IMG/VR virus record: IMGVR_UViG_3300000053_000001
Location: 1 to 36,328 of that record
DNA from: a virus
Length of the DNA stretch: 36,328 nucleotides
Reading direction: 5' to 3' (one strand)
Positions 7,825 to 13,298 of the stretch are shown piece by piece; within the stretch, counting starts at the first letter, position 1, and each line of letters begins with the position of its first letter. A model generated the notes under the pieces. That model was not told the origin of the DNA, searched no databases, and worked only from the letters and a program-made list of their open reading frames with translations. Both the position numbers and the translations under genes were made by a program.

Positions 7825-8179
7825 AGCCGAGAACAACGAAGATGCGGTCGAGCTGGCAGATCTGTCGCTCGACCTCGAGGAGCCAGCCCCGGCCGGCGAG
7901 ACAGCAGAGGAGCGCAAGCGCCGCCATGCGCGGATCCGCAAGCGTCGCCAGCGCCGCCGCGAGGAGCTGGCCACACTGCGCGCCGCCTCTCGGCCGATCA
8001 CCTTCGAGGCCTACCAGGGCACGCAGGCGGATCTGGCGCTGATCTGCGAGCTCGGCGGATTTGAGGAGCCGGCCGAGGCGATAACGCTGATCCTGCGCAA
8101 CGTCGCGGAGCTTGGCAGGCGTGACCATCACGCCTTCGAGCAATTTACCCGCATTCCGTCACGCAATAGGGGCGAATGA
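7817..8179 (+). CDS. Hypothetical protein with an arginine-rich tract, possibly RHH-like
   Basis: The ATG at 7817 has GGGAGG 7 nt upstream. It contains an acidic N-terminus, then ERKRRHARIRKRRQRRRE, then the strand-helix-helix-like RPITFEAYQGTQADLALICELGG...AITLILRNVAEL. Confidence 0.5.
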   Translation: MLEAENNEDAVELADLSLDLEEPAPAGETAEERKRRHARIRKRRQRRREELATLRAASRPITFEAYQGTQADLALICELGGFEEPAEAITLILRNVAELGRRDHHAFEQFTRIPSRNRGE

Positions 8180-9027
8180 TGACGACGCTGCGCCTGAACC
8201 CCGCCGCCTCGCCCTCACGCCTCACCGCGCCCCTTAGCTACTACGTCATCGACACGCCTACCCCGGCGTGGGATGCGCCGTCTGTGGGCGTATCTCGGCA
8301 CGGCTCGACGGTGACCGACCATGACCGCGCCGTGATGCGCGACCTGGTGCTCGGCGCCTTCCTCGCGCCGCAGCACTTTCGCGAAGACGACGGCAAGCGC
8401 GTGGGCGCCTACACCAGTGAGAACACCCGCGACACCATTCCGGCCAGCATCCTCGAGGAGCGGGCCGAGTGCCCGGTCAACGGCGCGCCGCCCGGGAGGC
8501 TGCCGTCGGCCTACGTCGCGGCCCTGGCAAAAGGAACTACTCGAGTGATCGCCAGCGAGACCCGGCCGAAGAAGAAAAGCAGCATCCCGCTTGGGCCGAT
8601 GGCCTTTCAAGATGCCCGCATCGTGCGCGCAGTTGGCCAGCTCGCGCCGGAGCATCAGCACTGGATCCGCTACGTCTACGCCGACTCGAAGGCATGGGAT
8701 GACGAAGCCGGCGCGGTGATTGAGCTGTGGGCACGCTACGAGCCCCGGCTCGGCAAGGTGCAGGCGAAGACGCGGCAGAAAGCCAAGGGTCTGGCGCACC
8801 TCGCCGTGCAGGACGTGAAGCGCTTCGTGAATGCCGGCAAGGAGCTGCACGCGGCCTGCCGCCTGCGCGAGCTGCTGGGCGTCTCTGCTCCGAACTGGGA
8901 TCAACACTGGTGCCCGCGCTGGCAGGCGATGCGCAGCGAGGCTTTTGCGATGGACCGCCGCGCGCTAACCGCGCTCTGCAAGGAGCTGGCGGGCTTTCGG
9001 TTTGTTCTTGTGGATAGGGGGCTGTGA
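8176..9027 (+). CDS. Putative late-gene antiterminator (Q-like)
   Basis: It has an ATGA overlap with the preceding gene. Motifs HQHWIRYVYADSKAWDDE and LRELLGVSAPNWDQHWCPRWQAM resemble the phage antitermination Q family as I remember it. A promoter plus terminators lie downstream. Confidence 0.5.
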   Translation: MMTTLRLNPAASPSRLTAPLSYYVIDTPTPAWDAPSVGVSRHGSTVTDHDRAVMRDLVLGAFLAPQHFREDDGKRVGAYTSENTRDTIPASILEERAECPVNGAPPGRLPSAYVAALAKGTTRVIASETRPKKKSSIPLGPMAFQDARIVRAVGQLAPEHQHWIRYVYADSKAWDDEAGAVIELWARYEPRLGKVQAKTRQKAKGLAHLAVQDVKRFVNAGKELHAACRLRELLGVSAPNWDQHWCPRWQAMRSEAFAMDRRALTALCKELAGFRFVLVDRGL

Positions 9028-9950
9028 TGGCCGCCTATTACAACGAAATCGAACCGTATGCCGCGCAATGGCTGCGGAACTTGATCGCTGCGGGCTTGAT
9101 TGCCCCGGGCGACGTAGACGAACGGAGCATTTTGGATGTCCACCCTGACGACCTCAGAGGCTATACGCAGTGCCATTTCTTCGCCGGCATTGGCGTCTGG
9201 TCCCATGCCCTGCGCCGCGCCGGCTGGGGCGACGACAGACCTGTTTGGACAGGTTCCTGTCCGTGCCAACCTTTCTCCTCGGCAGGCAAAGGAGCTGGGT
9301 TTACTGACGAGCGGCACCTGTGGCCCGCATGGTTCCACCTCGTCACGGAAGCGAAGCCAGGCTCTATCCCTATCTTTGGCGAGCAAGTTGCGAGCGCTGA
9401 CGGCCTCGCTTGGCTCGACCTTGTATCGGCTGACCTGGAAGGAGCGGGTTACGCCGTCGCACCGGTCGATCTATGCGCTGCGGGCGTGGGCGCTCCGCAC
9501 ATCCGCCAACGACTGTGGTTCGTGGCCGAAAGGGTGGCCAACGCCAAAGGCTTGCGACGCGAGGGGGTCGGGAGGCCGCCGGCCTGGGAAGGCAAACGAA
9601 GAGCTGACGAATGCGGCAGCGCTGGCGGGCTGGCCGACAGCAACCGTCAACGACAGCCGGGGCGGGCGAAACATGACCGCCAAGCGCTCGAATCCGAACA
9701 GCCAGCATCATGCGGGAATGACGCTGGTCGACGCGGTGTCGATTCTCGGCCCGGCGCGGTTAACGGCTTCTGGTCAGATGCTGACTGGATCAGCTGCCGG
9801 GACGGACGCTGGCGGCCAGTTGAATCCGGAACATTCCCGCTGGCTGATGGGGTTGCCGGCCGAGTGGGCCAACTGCGCGCCTACGGCAACGCCATCAACG
9901 CGGAAGTCGCGACGGCTGTGATCGGGGCCTACATGGATCTTCGACCATGA
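9027..9950 (+). CDS. DNA (cytosine-5) methyltransferase (frame A; GTG 9024 or ATG 9027 start)
   Basis: Motifs present are FFAGIGVW (I), [12 protein letters not shown] (IV), FGEQV (VI), [12 protein letters not shown] (VIII) and [13 protein letters not shown] (X). The segment 9531-9870 has poor codon bias in this frame (see findings). Confidence 0.7.
   Translation: MAAYYNEIEPYAAQWLRNLIAAGLIAPGDVDERSILDVHPDDLRGYTQCHFFAGIGVWSHALRRAGWGDDRPVWTGSCPCQPFSSAGKGAGFTDERHLWPAWFHLVTEAKPGSIPIFGEQVASADGLAWLDLVSADLEGAGYAVAPVDLCAAGVGAPHIRQRLWFVAERVANAKGLRREGVGRPPAWEGKRRADECGSAGGLADSNRQRQPGRAKHDRQALESEQPASCGNDAGRRGVDSRPGAVNGFWSDADWISCRDGRWRPVESGTFPLADGVAGRVGQLRAYGNAINAEVATAVIGAYMDLRP
9136..9921 (+). other. Overlapping +1-frame ORF (frame B) carrying methyltransferase TRD-like and C-terminal-like motifs
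   Basis: Frame B encodes [29 protein letters not shown] and [17 protein letters not shown]. By hand count, third-position GC over 9532-9873 is about 75% in this frame and about 63% in frame A. Confidence 0.4.
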
Positions 9951-10258
9951 TCCCTTGCTCGCAATGCGGCACCGCTCCCGAGCGCCGGCTAGATCCGCAG
10001 ACGGGGCGGATGGTGTACGCCTGCCCGGGCTGCCGGCATCGGGGCGATATCACCACCAGCGAGGTCGCCGCGGCGGCCACCTGGGCGCTGGTGAACGATC
10101 CGGAAATGGATCGGCACACGTGCAAGGCGGCGATGCTGCCGCGCTACTTCGAGGCAGGCGGTAAGTGGGGCGCCCGCTGTCGCGGCTGCGGGCACCAGGT
10201 CGAGGGGTACGGGAGCGTGCCGGGCGCCCGCGCGGCATGGGCGAGGTCTATGCGATGA
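9947..10258 (+). CDS. Zn-ribbon protein, tandem Lar-like (restriction alleviation family) units
   Basis: It has an ATGA overlap with the methyltransferase stop. It contains CSQCG...CPGCRHRGDITTSEVAAAATWA and a second unit, CRGCGHQVEGYGSVPGARAAWARS. Confidence 0.4.
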   Translation: MIPCSQCGTAPERRLDPQTGRMVYACPGCRHRGDITTSEVAAAATWALVNDPEMDRHTCKAAMLPRYFEAGGKWGARCRGCGHQVEGYGSVPGARAAWARSMR

Positions 10259-10488
10259 AGCGCCGCGTCCTGCGAATCCATCGATGCTCTGACCCGCTTA
10301 TGTGGTACCGGGATCTTGTCGGCACACTGGTTGACTATCGGAGTCGCGACGCCGACGGCTACTGGTCCCGGGAGCCTGGCGGCTATACGAATGTCATCCG
10401 TCCTGGCGATGCGGTGCTGCTCGAGCTCGAGGAGGAAACCATTAAAGAGCAAAAGAACATTTGCACCTTTGCAGAAAAGCGTTTTTAG
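10255..10488 (+). CDS. Hypothetical protein (77 aa)
   Basis: It has an ATGA overlap with the upstream gene and GAGG upstream. Its 3' end runs into the AT-rich late-promoter region. Confidence 0.45.
   Translation: MKRRVLRIHRCSDPLMWYRDLVGTLVDYRSRDADGYWSREPGGYTNVIRPGDAVLLELEEETIKEQKNICTFAEKRF
10444..10459. repeat. Iteron-like motif (locus D) just upstream of the late promoter
   Basis: AAAGAGCAAAAGAAC (10444-10458) differs at one position from AAAGAGCAACAGAAC (35866-35880) in the parA iterons. Confidence 0.5.
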
Positions 10489-10491
10489 GTA

Positions 10492-10520
10492 TTGCGCAAA
10501 AGTAAGGGTTAATGTTTAAT
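10492..10520 (+). promoter_or_regulatory. Candidate late promoter (PR'-like)
   Basis: TTGCGC (10492-10497), a 17-nt spacer, then TTTAAT (10515-10520). It lies in an AT-rich patch downstream of the Q-like gene and upstream of the lysis genes. Confidence 0.45.
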
Positions 10521-10550
10521 AACTGCTCAAATGCGACACATGCAAACCAA

Positions 10551-10580
10551 AGCCCCGCCAAGTGCGGGGCTTTGTCGTTT
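10551..10580 (+). terminator. Intrinsic terminator 1 between late promoter and lysis genes
   Basis: AGCCCCGC-caagt-GCGGGGCT followed by TTGTCGTTT. Confidence 0.7.
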
Positions 10581-10648
10581 CTGCAGGTCGCCGCGCCCCT
10601 CGGGCGCACCTTTCCCTCCTGAATGCTGACGCCATCAGCGTTCCCTTT

Positions 10649-10675
10649 CCCCGCCACCGTGCGGGGTTTTTTATT
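10649..10675 (+). terminator. Intrinsic terminator 2 between late promoter and lysis genes
   Basis: CCCCGC-caccgt-GCGGGG followed by TTTTTTATT. Confidence 0.75.
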
Positions 10676-10689
10676 CCTGGAGCGCCGCC

Positions 10690-10929
10690 ATGGATGCCCA
10701 CAAGCTGCACCCAATGGCGGACGCCGCCGCACTCGAAGTCGCGAAGGTGCTGCCACCGGCAATCCCTGTTGTGATCTACGGGCTGACGCTGGAGAAGTGG
10801 TTGCTGGTTCTGCCGGCCCTGTACTACTTCGCCCTGCTGGTCGATCTGGTCGCACGTCGGTGGGTCGTCCCGCTGTGGCGGATCTGGCTCGAGCGCCGCA
10901 AAGAGAAGCGCAGCCATGACGCTGGTTAA
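10690..10929 (+). CDS. Holin (two predicted TMDs, possible dual start Met1/Met9)
   Basis: 79 aa. Hydrophobic stretches are LPPAIPVVIYGLTL and WLLVLPALYYFALLVDLVA, with a charged tail RRKEKRSHD. It lies immediately upstream of the endolysin. Confidence 0.6.
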   Translation: MDAHKLHPMADAAALEVAKVLPPAIPVVIYGLTLEKWLLVLPALYYFALLVDLVARRWVVPLWRIWLERRKEKRSHDAG

Positions 10930-11464
10930 GCGGGTCATCGCCGCGGTAACGCTCTCGCTGGCCGCCGCAGGCTTCACGGTGAACGAGACGGGGCTCCCGG
11001 CCCCGGTCGAGCGCGCCGCGATCATCGCCGGCCTGATGATTCTCACGCCGGAAATGGAAGGCACCGAGTTCGAGGCCTACCCCGACAGCGGGGGCGTCTG
11101 GACGATCTGCACCGGGCACACGAAGGGCGTCCGCCCCGGTGACCGGGCAACGCCAGCCGAGTGTGCCGCGTATCTGCGGGCGGATCTCGGCGGCGCCGTC
11201 GACTTCGTCATGCGCGCCGCGCCAAAGGCAACGATCTGGCAAAAGATCGCCATGGCCGACTTCGTCTACAACGTCGGCGCCACGGCTTTTGCCCGGTCGA
11301 CACTGTACCGCCTGACGGCAGCCGGCCAGTACGTCGCCGCGGCCGATCAGTTCCCGCGCTGGGCGTTCGTTGCCGGCCGCGACTGCCGCCTCGTCGCGAA
11401 CAAGTGCGGCGGCATCGTTCGGCGCCGCGAGCTGCAGCGATCTCTCTATCTGGTGGGGTTATGA
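10916..11464 (+). CDS. SAR endolysin (GH24 / T4-P21 lysozyme type)
   Basis: An N-terminal weakly hydrophobic signal-anchor-release segment (VIAAVTLSLAAAGF) is present. The E-x8-D-x5-T catalytic pattern lies in EGTEFEAYPDSGGVWTICTGHT. Confidence 0.85.
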   Translation: MTLVKRVIAAVTLSLAAAGFTVNETGLPAPVERAAIIAGLMILTPEMEGTEFEAYPDSGGVWTICTGHTKGVRPGDRATPAECAAYLRADLGGAVDFVMRAAPKATIWQKIAMADFVYNVGATAFARSTLYRLTAAGQYVAAADQFPRWAFVAGRDCRLVANKCGGIVRRRELQRSLYLVGL

Positions 11465-11967
11465 GTCGAATTTATGGACTGGCAGCGCTGGCCGTGGTCG
11501 CCGTGCTGCTTTACGCGCTCGGCTGGATCAGCGGCGCAGGCCACGAGAAGGACCAGGCAAAGGCGCTAGCGGCTGCGCAGCTGCGGCAGGCCTTCGAACA
11601 GGGCCAGGCGCTCGCCGCCGTGCGAGACCGGGTGGTGACGGAGTATGTCGACCGGGTCGAGGTGATCGAGAAAGCCGGCCGAACCATCATCAAAGAGGTG
11701 CCCGTTTATGTTTCAGAAGCCGCTGATCGGGCTTGTGCTGTGCCTGCTGGCTTTGTCCGGCTGCACGACGCAGCCGCCACAAACCTGCCCCCCGCTGGAG
11801 GTGCCGGCCCTGCTGATGAAAGAGCCGCGCCCATTGCGCTCTCTGCCGTCGCCGCCACCGTCGCCGGCAATTACACCGAGTGCCACGCCAACGCCGAGCA
11901 GCTAAGGCAGCTGCAGGCCTACGTGCGTGAGCACGTGAAGACCCTGTCGGCAGGCGCACCGCCCTGA
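11461..11967 (+). CDS. Rz-like i-spanin
   Basis: It has an ATGA overlap with the endolysin and an N-terminal TMD (LAALAVVAVLLYALGWI). It has a coiled-coil-like periplasmic domain and contains the embedded Rz1. Confidence 0.75.
   Translation: MSRIYGLAALAVVAVLLYALGWISGAGHEKDQAKALAAAQLRQAFEQGQALAAVRDRVVTEYVDRVEVIEKAGRTIIKEVPVYVSEAADRACAVPAGFVRLHDAAATNLPPAGGAGPADERAAPIALSAVAATVAGNYTECHANAEQLRQLQAYVREHVKTLSAGAPP
11708..11905 (+). CDS. Rz1-like o-spanin lipoprotein embedded in Rz (+1 frame)
   Basis: A lipobox LALSGC is followed by a Pro-rich mature peptide. The gene lies entirely within Rz. Confidence 0.8.
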   Translation: MFQKPLIGLVLCLLALSGCTTQPPQTCPPLEVPALLMKEPRPLRSLPSPPPSPAITPSATPTPSS

Positions 11968-12040
11968 GTTGGGTTTTCGGCGACGGCCGTTATAACCCTT
12001 GGGGTAGCACCACCCTTTACCAGCTCATAAGGCGGCACAC

Positions 12041-12499
12041 ATGACACCAGAAGAACACCAGATCGAGACCAGGATCGCCAACCTCGGGCTGAACGCGCCA
12101 CGGATAACGCCGCAGCGCATAGACGCCCTGATGCAGGCGGTCACCTACAGCACGCATCACGTGCCAGGCACCACCACCGTGCTCGCCACCGCCCTGATGC
12201 CGTCGGGCTTTTCCCTGGTGACCGCCGAGTCGGCCTGCGCAAGCCCCGAGAACTTCAACGTGACGCTGGGCATAGAGATAGCGATCGCCAAGGCCGAGCG
12301 CCTGGCCCGTGACGAGCTGTGGAAACTCGAAGGCTATCGCCTCAAGCAAACCCTTCACGAGCTGAAGCAAGACATTGGCAACGCAGCGATCGCGCAAGCC
12401 CGCGAAGCGCTCAGCGCCTCGCCGGTCGATCCTGCCCCGGCGCCCTGCTGCATCGGCGCGGCCTGCACCGGCGCCTGTGGGTCCTCCCCCAGGGGGTAG
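12041..12499 (+). CDS. Gp49-like protein (N4 Gp49 / Sf6 gene 66 family)
   Basis: VPGTTTVLATALMPSGFSLVTAESACASPENFNVTLGIEIAIAKAERLARDELWKLEGYRL matches the family pattern. It has an unusual Cys/Gly-rich tail, PCCIGAACTGACGSS. Confidence 0.7.
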   Translation: MTPEEHQIETRIANLGLNAPRITPQRIDALMQAVTYSTHHVPGTTTVLATALMPSGFSLVTAESACASPENFNVTLGIEIAIAKAERLARDELWKLEGYRLKQTLHELKQDIGNAAIAQAREALSASPVDPAPAPCCIGAACTGACGSSPRG

Positions 12500-12618
12500 C
12501 CCCTCACGGGTGTGAAACTCGCGGGCTTCGCGCGCGCCTGGATTCGCGAGTCGGGTCCGTTCTTCCTTTCTCGAGGCCCTGCCGGCCTGCATCGCTCGGC
12601 TGACCCCGCAGCCAGTCA

Positions 12619-12635
12619 CGGCGGGGCCTCGAACC
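12619..12635. other. Possible cosN-like sequence
   Basis: CGGCGGGGCCTCGAACC loosely resembles lambda/N15 GGGCGGCGACCTCG. It lies ~100 bp upstream of a Nu1-type terS, where lambda-like cos sites sit. Confidence 0.2.
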
Positions 12636-12667
12636 TATTCCGCAGAGGGTCAAAACCACATCGGCCC

Positions 12668-12720
12668 GAAAGGACCAATGCGGTTTTGTGCTTTTGTTCC
12701 TTGGCTCCTTTGGTCCTTTC
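12668..12720. repeat. 11-bp perfect inverted repeat enclosing an iteron-like motif (locus B), directly upstream of terS
   Basis: GAAAGGACCAA (12668-12678) pairs with TTGGTCCTTTC (12710-12720). The loop contains TTTTGTGCTTTTGTTCC, whose reverse complement is GGAACAAAAGCACAAAA. Confidence 0.6.
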
Positions 12721-12725
12721 TCCCC

Positions 12726-13298
12726 ATGGGCAAGATCGTCAGTAAGAAGGAGCTCGGCGAGCTGATCGGCAAGTCGCCGCGCTGGATCTCGAAGTTGATC
12801 GACGACGGCCTGCCGGTTTCCGGCGGCGGTGGTCGCGGCGTCGAGGTGCAGATCGACAGCGAGGCCGCGATCGAGTGGCTGATCGCCCGCGCTGTTCGGC
12901 AGGAGCTTGGCGACGAAGACGAAGACGAGGAGGGGCTCGCCTCTGCCTCGACCGAGGATCGCCTGCTCAAGCGCGCGCGCCGCGAAAAGCTGCAGCTCGA
13001 GATCGACCGCGAGCGCGGCCGGCTCCTGCCCGGTGACACCGTCGCGCAGATCCTGATCAGCGTCGCGGCCGTTTATGCGACTCAACTCGACGCGCTGCCT
13101 AGCCGCTGCGCTGCCGATCTGGCGGTGATCGATGACCCTGCCACCATCCGAGCTCGAGTATTTGAAGAAACGCGGCGTATCCGCGCAGCTACTGCCGACC
13201 GCCTCGAACGTCGCGCACGCGAGCTCGCTGCAGACGCTGACCAGCTCGATCAGCTACGCCGCGAAGATGGTGCAGGCGCCGCCGCCGAGGACTGCTGA
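12726..13298 (+). CDS. Terminase small subunit (lambda Nu1 family)
   Basis: MGKIVSKKELGELIGKSPRWISKLIDDGLPVSGGGGRGVEVQIDSEAAIEWL parallels the lambda Nu1 N-terminal wHTH. Confidence 0.8.
   Translation: MGKIVSKKELGELIGKSPRWISKLIDDGLPVSGGGGRGVEVQIDSEAAIEWLIARAVRQELGDEDEDEEGLASASTEDRLLKRARREKLQLEIDRERGRLLPGDTVAQILISVAAVYATQLDALPSRCAADLAVIDDPATIRARVFEETRRIRAATADRLERRARELAADADQLDQLRREDGAGAAAEDC

Noticed and set aside
9865-9900. A model in which the methyltransferase is read A, then B, then back to A (a second -1 shift between WLMGLPAEW and GNAI), giving a canonical motif IX to motif X order.
   Set aside because: Only ~6 residues would separate the LMGLPAEW and GNAI motifs, far fewer than in canonical C5-MTases. 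There is no slippery sequence there. The model is kept only as a remote possibility.
10512-10622. A 36-codon ORF (MFNNCSNATHANQ...) in the late leader.
   Set aside because: It has no RBS, it spans a terminator hairpin and its codon usage is poor. It most likely belongs to the untranslated leader.
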